From assembly GCA_051294905.1 (NCBI GenBank), contig CM119372.1, forward strand, positions 36,582,001 through 36,646,000: DNA of 64,000 nucleotides. The letters run 5' to 3'. This DNA is from Botryllus schlosseri (taxonomy: Eukaryota). The translations under genes were made by a program, and so were the position numbers. Below, piece after piece: positions 1 through 12,100 of this stretch (position 1 is its first letter; each line of letters opens with the position of its first letter). The notes under the pieces are model-generated. The model did no database searches. It saw nothing but the letters and a program-made list of their open reading frames with translations, and was not told the origin of the DNA.

Positions 1-189
1 AATGTGTAAAGTAGTTTGTAAACGGATTTACCACACTCTTACGACCTTATTAATCAGACACCAAAATCCTGCTCGTCTCGCTAGACAGTGGGGATCGATC
101 ATACATAAAAACACTTGATAACCAGGCGGTATGTTCGCCACTTTGACCGAATGTAGCACTTTTGACCTATCCGGTCTCCATTCAGATGC

Positions 190-750
190 GACCACGTGGA
201 CCTGGTAAAATAACTGTATAATTAACGATTGATTAGGTCAATAATATTGATAATTGCGTGTATATTGCTATAAATTTTGTATCCTCTCAGCCCGACTTCC
301 TGTGCGGTATGTAATCAAAAGATATTGAACTCGCCTACAGACTACTAAACTAAAAGAAGCGCACGATTCAAAATTGGTATTTCTTCACTATAATAATTCG
401 GGATGTCAGTTGCCCTGTGGGGTCCAGATTACCACGACATAATTATTCGGTGCCAGCACTTTAGGCACCCATACATTTATATCGAAGTTTACGGTCAACA
501 TAAGGGCAATCCTTTTCGACCCATGTTTTCTCGCTGACGATCTTTTTGACACTCTTCTATGAGGCCCATGTTGGTCCAAACTTCATATGTCTTCTTACAT
601 CTTGGCGTGGTAATGGGCAACGCTTAGATTCCTACTCTCATAAATGATGCGTATTTTTTGTGAAGGAAGGGTGCCTAATAATCAAAACATTTATCTACAT
701 GAAATCGTGTACAGTGCGAGCAAAATTAAAAAGTTGCAGAAATTGATATA
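190..750. repeat. Internal fragment of a dispersed hAT-type non-autonomous element
   Basis: Segments such as tttcttcact...gtttacggtcaacataagggcaatccttttcg align by eye with 38500-38790, 26560-26980 and (inverted) 14070-14330; boundaries approximate. Confidence 0.7.
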
Positions 751-765
751 TACGTATATATTCTT

Positions 766-961
766 CATTATGATTGCGTATTGCAGTTCAAGCATGTGCA
801 GTAATGATTACGTCATTATGATTGCGTAGTCGATTACTCTAGTTATTACGAGAGCGGCTTTGCTTGGTTTCAGTAACGCTGAGATATGATTACGTCATTA
901 TTGCGTAAGTTGATCGCCTTATTTGTTATTGTAGTTGAACCGAGTGCAAGGCAATATATAA
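766..961 (+). promoter_or_regulatory. Putative promoter: repeated bZIP (ATF/CREB- and C/EBP/PAR-like) sites plus TATA-like box
   Basis: atgattacgtcatta occurs at 804 and 886; ttgcgta occurs three times in 766-908; aatatataa at 953-961, about 50 nt before the ATG at 1010. Confidence 0.4.
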
Positions 962-1009
962 CGTGTAATATTTATTACATGATTATTCGCTGTACACTAT
1001 AGATCGAAT

Positions 1010-1297
1010 ATGTCCAAGATTACTGCTAGTGATATATACGTCATAATGGATCGGATTGACCCGATGAACTGGTATAGGTTTGCACGTGAAAAACTTGAGC
1101 TATCTGACAATGAAATGGCCGAATGCCAATACACGGATTGCTATAACTTAACTGAGCAACGATATCAAATGATACAGTTATGGATTCGTAAAAATGGTCG
1201 TTACGCTACGATGAACAAACTTAAAGAATTAGTTTGTCTGTATCAGATACTTTCGAATAGCAATTCAACTGTTGGATTGAGAGACATAAAGTACTAA
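1010..1297 (+). CDS. Intronless single death-domain protein (95 aa)
   Basis: WYRFAREKLELSDNEMAEC...NLTEQRYQMIQLWIRKNGRYATMNKLKELV matches the death-domain pattern W..laR.L.ls..ei..i...l.Eq.yqML..W....G..AT...L...L; ATG to stop intact; AATAAA at about 1524. Confidence 0.8.
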   Translation: MSKITASDIYVIMDRIDPMNWYRFAREKLELSDNEMAECQYTDCYNLTEQRYQMIQLWIRKNGRYATMNKLKELVCLYQILSNSNSTVGLRDIKY

Positions 1298-3972
1298 GAG
1301 GAAAATAATATTGTGTAGACTAGAGAATAATGAAGATGCTCTCAGAAGACTTCAATATCGGTTTATACGCAATCATATGCTCGTGTATGCGAAGCTGGTA
1401 TTGCTTTCACGTCGCAAATCAAAAAAAAAGGATTCTGATATCAAGAAAGTATGCCAAGATCTGAAAGAAGCTCTACACCTTGTTCTGGACGATTAGTTAA
1501 TGTGCTTGCCCGTTATTACTTCAAATAAACTGAACATGTGTATTTGTGTAAAATGTGTTATAAAAGTCAGTCTACGGAAGTGAATAGACAAGTCTGGACC
1601 TGTCTATATTACAGCATATTAGAGATAGATTGTGCAATAACCTCAAAATACGGAGAGTACTGAACCTTTTGAGAAATGGCTCAGCTATCCCATACCACGG
1701 ACGGTCGGGGAGTTGGCAAAACAAGGTTTATCTCGGTGACCTAGACAGAACGCAGTGCTTCAGCTGGTCCGGTGTTCTCCGCAATTGGAGGTCTACAGAC
1801 GATGTATCTGAAATACACTTGACGTATCTCCTGGATTGTTGTTTTCCTTGAGGGCTGTATTACTGGTTAGTATTTTTATGGATGATCGACAACCGCTAGC
1901 TGTCGCTATTGTATCATTTACGTGTTACACAAGGGGGGGGGGGCGGGCAACTTCTTCGGTCGGCGGGCCGGAGAAAATTAAGTACTTGGCGTACCGAATT
2001 GCTGAATCGATACATTATTCGCCCATTGATCCCCATATACGAGGGATAAATCGTATTTAATCAATGTATTTTAACAACCGCAATGTCACTGCAAAGCCAT
2101 ATCTCGCCGATAATAACGAAGACAATGTGGGTTTGAGAACAGCCTTGTTATACAGACACCACCGTGTCTGCTTCTCTCTAATCAATGAACACATCGTGCA
2201 ACCCATAAGATTTACAAATTACTGGGTTGCTTCGAAACTGTATTTTGGCTCGACAGTTTTATGGGGACCTACTCTTTATCATTAGGATAGAAAGCGATTT
2301 CACGACATTTCTTTAACACTACTTCTACTTGAGTACTTCAAAGCTATATTTTGTCCTTCCATTAGAAGTAAATGTAGCATGTATTGTGAATCGCTCCAGC
2401 TATTTCGATAACCTCGCCAGAACGCGTAGTTTCGTCTGGATCGTTGTGTATACACAGAGAGAGTGCAGTGGCGACTTGCTTCAGTCGAGTAACGGAGGAT
2501 GTCGATTTCACACGCATTCCAAAGTACATCTCGTGCGAATGATGTACCACCACCCCGGCTATTCTCGGTACGACATGGGATCATTTGGCTGTACTATGGT
2601 GGGCCCCGACATAGTCGAGTACGCTCGATCTTTTTCACGATAGTTTGGGGCGCTTTTACTATTCACGTGTTTACACAGGTCCCCCGTATCCACGTGATAG
2701 CCTGCACAATGCCATCATAGCGTCATTTTTCCGATTTGGCTACGTACCCGACTTTCGTAATCTAGACCCGCATTTTGCGTTACTCGTGGTGTTTTTTTGG
2801 AAATGTTGAGCTAACAAGGAGGACAAACTGACAGAAAGAGAGTACATTTAGGTGAATTGGGTGACATATCTGGGAAAAGGAGGACATATGCTCCCCTAAA
2901 GGAGGCCGCATGGTAACCCTATTAGGAGGGTCGATGGGGACAACAAATGTATCGTATCGTGTTGCTATCAACCAGAAAACGAGAGTTTTGTCAAACAAGC
3001 GGATTGATGACTGACATCGACTGTGTCACGCTCGATTGATCACAGCTGATTTGCGTACAGCACAGTACATCAAAATTACAAGTATTCGAATGACAAGTCA
3101 TGAGATGCCGTCGGTGTGATCATCGTTCCTGTCGAAAAATTAAGCGATTTTCTCGAATACCCCCAACGGTTGTATTGCTAGCCTATTCCCGGACTCTTTG
3201 GACCTGGATTCACAGCCCCCTGTTAGTGATCACCATGTTACAATACTAGCGTAAACAACCCTGTCAAAGGAGTCGTATGAAATATTATCGTGTGAACGTG
3301 GTGGATTAGCTTTTTCATAATAATATGAATGAAATTTACATGGATATATATCCCGTTGGAGTTGTTGGCGGGTAAAGTTGTTATCGTTGTGTGATTTTGC
3401 CAATATACTCCCCGTGGTGGCAAATCTAATTACACTAATAATACCTGTACAGACAAACAGAAGCCCGCCGATGAGTCGATACAAAGTCTCTCTGTACGTA
3501 AATGAATGTACAACGACACTCCCCTTACAGCAGAACTATTTTGTCTGGACGGGGGTGGTCACGATTCGTTTCCGGCGCGGATTTCATCAGTTTTGGTTAA
3601 ACCCGGGCTGGATGCGGCCAAGTGTCTTTGAGAGTCGGATTTATGATACATTTTACCAGCCTAATACATGGAAATACCAGGACTTTACGGGCCAGTCGGA
3701 TTTTTTGGACTTTGATTTTGCAACCCTATAGTCGCAGTGGATTCCGATTTCGAAATCTCCCCCTCTACTTTACACCTCACCTCAGGCTATAGATCGCATC
3801 ACGTATGATCTGTCACAATTCATTCCCATTATTGCACCACCGAGCGCGTTTCAGCCAAATAAGGTCACTGATCCCCGATGAAGCGAGCTACCCCGATTCG
3901 TTTCGTGGACAATTGAAATACCATCGTACTCGCAGTTACCGAGCGGAAAATGCAAGGCCCGAAGGCGACACA

Positions 3973-4655
3973 GCAATTCTCTGACGGTAATACTCTGCCG
4001 AGTCAATATATCCGTAGTACGATGCTGCAAATATGCTTGGGGGTGTTGACATGTGTTGAGGATATGTTTCGATCCTCGGCACAGCAGGATGGATCACAAA
4101 ACAAAATGGCGCTATGCAGTCTACGCGGCCGCATGTCATTTTCGACAGCGAGATTGATTATCGTGAATTAGGTCTTGGACAAAGCAACGATAGCGTATCC
4201 GAGCTAAGTAGTTATAGTATACTATAAACCTGATCCTCGCACCGCCAACGAGCCGTAACCACAATTCTAATACCGCGACAATCCATACACATTACACAAT
4301 TATACACCATACCGGGAGCTTTCAAAATACCAGTTGACGGGAGCAATTCTCTGACGGTAACACTTCGCCGGTTCAATATATCCGTAGTATGATGCTGCCA
4401 ATATGCTCGGTGGTGTTGGCATAACATGTGTTGAGGATATGTTACGACACACACGAGCACAACTGATTGTCTGCGGCGAAATTAGTCGAATTCGAACGAC
4501 AGTGCGTGGCTGCCGAAGCAATAGTTCCTTAGCATGATATTGTAAATATGCTTGGAGGTGTTGTCATAACAAGTGTTGAGGATATGTTACGGTACACGCG
4601 AACACAACTGATTGCCTATAGCGAAATGAGTCGCTCTCGAACGACAAGTGCGTGG
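3973..4655 (+). repeat. Three imperfect direct copies of a ~100-165 nt coding-like module
   Basis: Copies at about 3973-4070, 4343-4509 and 4530-4655 share aatatgct(t/c)gg.ggtgttg...gtgttgaggatatgtt. Confidence 0.85.
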
Positions 4656-5761
4656 TGAGCTCGTGATCGATAGTACATACCGGTAAAGCATGAGTTCGAC
4701 AACTGATCGATTCAAGCATACAAAAATAATATGCCGCGGTAAATTGTATATCATTTACAAGCACCGGTACGATTACGCCTGACCAGACGTGAAGCAGTAA
4801 AAGAACCCATCATAAATACATTGTTTGGTTGGGACTGTCTGTCCTTATGAAGACGCTAGAACGCGGTATAGGTATGGAACAGCCACATTTGTTGCTTGCA
4901 CCGAATACTAGGTACGTAATACCGGGAGCGTTGATGCGAGCAAAATTGAGAATCAGCTATTTGTTTAATTACTTATTATATTCATAATGTTACTTTATTT
5001 AAGCTAATCTATGTCGGGTCGCCTAATACAAATTTCTACTAGGACATTCATTCTGATTCTCGGTATGACTCGAAATGACACACATATTTATAATAATAAC
5101 AGATCATTTCTCGTTACTGTCTGGGTGGACAACAAAGCAAGCGGGTTCAAGTACGACAGTATGAGACAGACCACAAGCGTCACCTTACACAGCCGAACGT
5201 ATGGACACCTAAAACACGCACCAGGATCTCATGGATCAGACGAAAACTATACTGACGTCACGACCGGCAATTATTCCTATGACCCCCCCCCCCCCGTACA
5301 CGAAATTGAATCAACCGCGGAACGATAAGTCAACCAGTTTGACGGGCTATTGCTCCCAGGTCATGAAATTGGACCACGGAACAACGGGTCAGGGCAGGCA
5401 ACTATTATCAAGCTTCGTGTACGACCGAGGTCAGCTATGGATCGTGGAAAAATACAGTAAAATTACAATGTATTATAATCAGGAGGCGAGTGGAAAAGTA
5501 CAAGTAGAATGACTCATGTCTGAGTACAAAGGTCAATCCAGATTCTTTGTTCGTTTTCTCTCTATCGTTAATTATTCCCCCTTTTTTTATTGCCGCACAC
5601 AAGGTCATAAAAGTATTGCTGCAAAATTGAGAATGAGCACTAATTCTTACACTGTTTATTATCTTGATAATGTTTGTTTGTTCTTTATAAATCGCGAATG
5701 GGCGTCGATCGCACATCTATATTACTACTATTATGAATGCGAAGCATTCGATATCACCGAG

Positions 5762-6000
5762 TAGAGTTGTAAAAACTAGGTTTCACATGACATTAACTCG
5801 GAACTGAACAGTCAATACAGTGACTTAGACTCTGACTCGAGTCAAAACACTCTGACTCGAACTCGACACTCTACTCCGTTACTTGGACTCGCACTTGACT
5901 CGGTGGTGAATTGAAAATGACTCGACTTGACTCGAGTCAAAACTATAAGATTGAGATTGACTTGTGAATCGGAACCTTGTGAATTGCGGTTACAACCCTG
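5762..6000. mobile_element. Truncated MITE with gactcga/gactcgg subterminal repeats
   Basis: Ends ...ttacaaccctg; related copies at 43440-43980 and 60770-61250. Confidence 0.65.
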
Positions 6001-6027
6001 ATATTATCTATACCTGTTATACGTTAG

Positions 6028-6164
6028 CTGCTATACACATCTACAGAACGACTCCGATGCCATTACCATTACATCACGCATTCTGAATACGAAGTATCTT
6101 CGGGGGAATACGTACACTGGAAAAGCAATCCGGAAAGCAATTGCTATGATGCACCACGACAGAG
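6028..6164 (+). CDS. VWA gene exon (YLRGNTYTGKAIRKA motif)
   Basis: ttag|...|gttgga; reads CYTHLQNDSDAITITSRILNTKYLRGNTYTGKAIRKAIAMMHHDR, the typical VWA Y.gG.T.TG.Al segment. Confidence 0.75.
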
Positions 6165-9100
6165 GTTGGATTGACTTGAACATCAAGTTTCACTGGGAAT
6201 CCTGTTGTCCGAATACGTTGGCAGTGCAGACGTATATAATATAAGATAGAACGGACTGTATGGTTGGTATAAACACCATACTGCTCAGTCTGTCTGCATT
6301 TTTCGATGATTCCAGAGCAAAATAGAATGCGTATGAAACCATTTATTTGTATTTGAGGCGACTCGTCAAGGCAGCACTCACTGGCGGTTCAGAGTCTGGT
6401 GTTGGTAACGGATGGAAAAAGCTCGGACAACGTCAAGCACATCAACGACATAGCCCTTGAACATGGAATAAATATTTTCGCAATCGGTGTAAGTCTATTT
6501 TCACGAATAGCCATCGTATATACATTGAATATATGTCCTGCAGCAATGACCGCATAGCCATAGACAAGTGCTGCAGAAACAAATTCGTTAATTCTTATTC
6601 TTATGTAGAAAACAGAAATCTATCGTGATATCGATATGGGGAATTTGATTTGATAGTGGGTGTTAATTTGTTGTATATTCTACCATGATAGCACCAGAAT
6701 TGGAGAACCGGTAATCTAATTCTCATCTAATGAGTGAAATATTTCTATGTCATAATTTTTCATTCTAATGTAAATTTGATTTCTGGTTTCATGGAAATGC
6801 GCAGGAGAACTGCGCAGTGCAAAAATTAGCTAAGCTTGGGGTACAAACATTTACCATTCTCATGCATATGGGAATGAGCTGTGATTTGATATGAACTGAA
6901 CTATTGATTTAAAAATTATATTACTTTGTAAGTCAAGATCTCATTCCAATTCCAAGTTTTTGCGAATTTAGTAATTCGAATTCTATTATAATTTGGAAAT
7001 AAATTTTTAGCTACAATTCTATATCAGTCTAGATCAGGGGTCTCAAACTCAAATATGCTCGCGGGCCAATTTCCTGGTTTTTGATGGCTCCGCGGGCCGC
7101 AGCATTATTAACAGGGGTATTCAATGTATTTCCAAGTAGGCCTTATCTGACGGGATTTCGCAGACTGGCATTCCACAAGCATCGGGAAAATTTAATTTAC
7201 TCTTGTGAATTCGAGCCTGGCACGAAAAAAAATCACAATTTAAATATTTGAATGAATTTTTTGTTGTACTTGGCATAGTTTGCCAAAATTATTTGTTATA
7301 GGAACCATGCTAGCGTACAAATGCATCATGACGTGCATGCATATAAGTTGGATTTACATTCGTGATCAACAACAGCTTGAATACAATGATGAATGTGCCA
7401 TAGCATTGAAACAGTCCAATAGCCGAGCAATCCGTCATTGTTACAGCGGTGAAGCGCATCTCTACCTCACTCCCCACCTTTAATTGGCTATAATAACATG
7501 GATAAACGGAACCAAGACGACGCAGGATGTAACTAACTATACATCAAGTGGAAACAGATTGCCAATGGTTGCCATTGTCATTCCGACCTGCTTAGATAGC
7601 TAAATACACTACGCTACGCAACGCAAGCTACGGCCTTTTGATATATTATTATTCCCAGTCTGGTAATAGTCCGTGGTTGTACCAAGTCACAGCGTTCTGA
7701 GTCACAAGTCATTCTCTGGTTGTAAAGTTTGACCCCACTAAAGTCGAGTTCTTTTTATTTTATCACCCATTTAGTCCAAGTTCGAGTAATTCTACTAAAG
7801 GTCGCGCCCAAGTCCAAATTACAATTTTCAGTCACGAATCATTAACGGATTAACGGATCATATCTTACCATCATCAACAGGTAATGTGACGTAATAGCTG
7901 ATCTTCCCCTCGCATGGTAACTTTTGAAAGTGCTGATGTTGTAGTGAAATTTGATGAGTAGTTTCAGGTTTTTGGAGTAGTCTTAAAGCGGATTTCAAGT
8001 TCTCAAATCTCAAAAATATTTGTGGCAGTTTAATATTGTCGAATACTTCAAAATCCCAAAACGACGACGCGGGCCGCACAAAACGATCTCGCGGGCCGCG
8101 TGTTTGAGACATCTGATCTAGATTGCACACTGTGAAATATAAAGCCGTACATGAATGCAGCTCGCAATCCAGGCCAGGTGATAAATTGGAAAATAATAAG
8201 CAATTCATCATATCTCCATTGGTTCAGGCTCAGTTGATTTTTAACATCGTTTCCATTCATTTCTATAGGTCGGGGGCGAAATCGACTTGAACACCCTACT
8301 AACCATAGTGGATGGTGACAACTCGAGGGTGTTTCAAGCACAGGACTACTCCAACCTCGCATCATCAATGCGCGACGTTATGATCGAAAGGGCTTGTTCC
8401 ACACCCACCCTCTTGAACATTCGACAGCAACACGACACGTTCAGCGAAAAGCTGCCGTCTGCAGCAGACCAGCCTTTGGAGACTACCGACGAGAGTAGAT
8501 ACCAACTTCGAACGACCGCAAACAGTGCAGTTCTCATTACTTTCAAAATTCAAAACGACAGTGATTACTCAACCGCGTGCTCCCAACGTCCCTTAAGTGA
8601 CGTTACTGTGTTTGCATCTCCAGACAACCAGTTTGTTAACTCTGCGTTTTATACCAGCATTCACAAAGTAAACATTGGATGCGCAAATGCCGACACTCCA
8701 AAGTGTCAACCAGAGAATGGAAATTGCAAGCAGAGTAATTCGGTGCGGTTATGGTGGCCACAAAAACGTTCGGCTGGTTACGCGAATATAACTTGTAACA
8801 GTACCGGCAATAATCACTCGTGTTCCGCCGGAGGATTGGATCTGACAACTACCAGTTTTTCTGTTTTATCAAGCAGCAGAGAGGCATTGTTGATGGTTGT
8901 TTCTACTGATAATATTAGTATTGAGTCTCAAGCAACTTCAAGTGCCCGTCTCACGTCTAAGGTATGCACTGCGCAATGGTTCTGGGCACTCATTACGTAA
9001 CCGAGGCTTGACTTGAACAACCAGATAAATTAAATTGTAATTTGTGAAATGTTTCTAGGCTCCAATTTTTATTCTAATATAATCAGAGTTGGTCAGTAAC

Positions 9101-12100
9101 GAAGTACTTCTACTTGTTTAAATAACTCAAGTAGTTTTCCTCTACTTCTGGTACTTACTAAAGTAGATCTTTTTTTTACTTCTACTTCCACTTCGTAATA
9201 TTTTGTGAACCACTCACTTGCTTTTCGCTATTTTCAGTTTGTCAAGTAGAAGTAGTTTATTCCCCCATTAAGAAAGATGGCCTAAGGAATTTCGGGGCTG
9301 TTTTCACGTAGTACCAACATTTAATTTTCATAAAAGTCATGTAATACCCGGAATTTTCGTTGTGCTTCGCGCACAGTAGATATGACACAACTTCTCCGTA
9401 TTGTTCTTCGACTGAACTAGGGGTCATATAATATGGGGGAGGGCGCCATGCCATAATGTTCTTTAAAACGGGGTGTTCTAGTAAACAAAGGATTAGTATC
9501 GCACTTCCATATCAATACTATCATTTACATCCCCTGTTGTGGACGACTGCTTATTCTGTCAAAAATTGACACTTCCAGGTATGCATCAATATGAATCAAG
9601 CTCTCTACACCTTCCGCATAGCTCCATTTGCAGCTTTTGACAGTCCATGCGAACGAATTACGATCGTTTTCACTACTACTTACTTACTTGAGTGGATTTA
9701 AAGTCAGTCAATTCTACTTCTACCTCAAGTAGTTTTAGGTTGCTTATGTAAGAAGCACTTCTACTCGTACCTGAGTAGATTTTTTCGTCGCTACTTCTAC
9801 CTTTACTCGAGCCTTCTCGACTACTTTGACCACCTCTGAATATAATTACAATTTTTTTCGAAAATGATACTTTGTCAGCGGCGTTTTCCAGCAAGTTATA
9901 CGAGAATATCGCCCGAGCAGGGAAAACCTGTGCCCATTCGCTATCAGCCATCTAACGTGTCTGACAGTTAGAACTCTGATTTGATATGAACTGAACTTGA
10001 TTTTTGTGGTATCTCTCTAGTTCGGAATTTAATTCAATTTACAAGTTATTGTGAATTCAGAAATTTCAATCTAATTTGGAAAAAACGGTGCAGTTATATT
10101 TCTAATTCTAATCTAATTTGGAGGAGCTGAAAATGTTGAAGGCTTCCAGCTCCGACCGAGGATACGGTAACCCGTGACCGATCACCCCCTGTTTTGTTCC
10201 GCTCCGTAAATAAGTCGCGAGGTCCCCGACACAAATTCTGTTATGCTCTGTATTATTATAATAATTCGTTTCATAACACACCGTCTCTAAGAAATAAAGT
10301 GAAGTTAAACTCACCTGGGGACTTCGAAAAAGTAAAGGTACGCCTTTAGCGAATACCTAGCTGGACCACCCTGCTAAAAGGTTCCACGCCCCTAATGTTA
10401 CAGACATTTTGATAGGGTGGTAAACTGGGTGAACAATGAAGTACTTCTAATCTTCCGACTGGTGGTAAGTTTTATTTACTTGTCGTTTATATAAATCCCG
10501 ACCAATATCAGAATTCAACACAGCCCTTAATTCCAAACACCGAAAATGGCTTCGTAAATGACAGATTTGTTAGCATTCTAGTTTTGTACTTCTATTTGAA
10601 GTACCTTTGGCCTGTCGTTTGAATTAACACTACACTGAACAGCATCATTACCTGCCTCTTTTAACAGGACTGGTTATGATCAAACTGTATTGCAGATGCT
10701 TACATCTACTGCCAAAGAAAGAGATGATATTAGCATCTCTACACTTTCATACGAAAGTCAACAAACTGCGCATGTACCAACTGAGAACGACGGAACAAGC
10801 TCTACATTTGGAAACATCATTCGTAGAAGTTACGAATTTCAGAAGACAGGTATTCTGCAGTTTGCTAACGCATAGGTGGCGACGTGGGGCAGAAATCTTC
10901 ACCATGCCGAAGCACATTAGTCAAAGTGGTCCATTTCGCTACGCAAGCATAGAGAAGCAGAAGTAAGGTGTAAATTTCTATTCAATTAGAAGAAGAAGTG
11001 GGACATGAACGGTATTGAAAGTACTCATGTGAGTGGTTTTTAAAGTAGATTTTATTGATGTATGACGTACCTGAAATAGTGAATAGGAGGTGGGCTTCAT
11101 ACGAAATTGCAACACAAAACTATAAAAATAACTGATGACACAACCAATAGACTAGAGCAATCGTCGAAAATTGTCTAAAATATATACTGTTACCACGAGT
11201 TTATGGTTATTACGATTGTTTAGTCTCGGATAGCATGCTATTTTATCTGACACAAGTGACGCAAACCAATCCAAAAACTGTACTTTTTACTTTAAAAAAT
11301 CTAAAGCGTAGAATAAGTTTTGATTCAATAAATAGTTGAGTAGAAGTGGAAGTCGTATGGAAACGTCACTGCTCACGTACGCAGGGAATTGCAGACAAGG
11401 CCCACTTAAGTAGGCTACTCGAGAAAATAAGATTTACTTAGCTACTGACCGCCTCTGATTATCACTCGTACATTTTCTTTTGTACTCAAGAAATCACGAC
11501 AACCAGCACTGATGCATTTCAATCGACTGACCATGTGGGTGACGAACAAACTATCGAAGTCATTGTAATTTGTGGAATTGCCGGATTCGCGTCATTGGCG
11601 ATGGCACTCTATCTGGTGATCAGGTAAACGTGAGGAAATACCAGAATACTATAGATCAGCGCTTTTCAACCTTTTTGAGCTCCGTTCGCACTTTTTTTGT
11701 AAAATAATTTTCATTCGCACGAACTAATCGAAAATTGTTTTACAAAAAGAAAATGACGATAGGCCTACTTAACAATAATTTGTTCAGATGTGCAACAAAT
11801 TGGCAGAATTTTTTGCAATAAATTAAATAATTACAGCATACATATTAACAGATAGCTCTGGCACCGTGTCGACCAAAAATTATACCCTTTGCGGTCAATA
11901 CTTTCATAACCCTTGAAAGGGTAAAAATTTGCGTAACAGTAACTTGCAAATGTGAGTCTGTAATGATGGTATGTACTACTATCCCCGTGCCTCGCGTTAA
12001 TCGAACAGTTATTACCAACGTATGATGATTGTTCAGCGAAAGAAAGCAGAAAGTCAATTTGATGTCATTTTTCCAGCCTGTCACAGGCTCAGACGGGCTG

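Larger units (their letters stand above)
760..5520 (+). other. Compact decayed multi-ORF block, possible endogenous virus or large-transposon relic
   Basis: Closely packed plus-strand frames broken by isolated stops and frameshifts, no obvious introns, none of the MITEs that fill the rest of the window, TATA/AATAAA punctuation (953, 1524, 1559). No hallmark polymerase, integrase or capsid recognised. Confidence 0.4.

Noticed and set aside
2490..2810. FHTH and YSWCFFGN as HUH/Rep motifs of a CRESS virus or parvovirus
   Set aside because: The motifs are in different frames and the wrong order, and no SF3 helicase Walker A was seen downstream.
10668..10695. Upstream acceptor ttttaacag for the stalk exon
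   Set aside because: It gives a stop after three codons in phase 0; the acceptor at 10695 keeps the frame.
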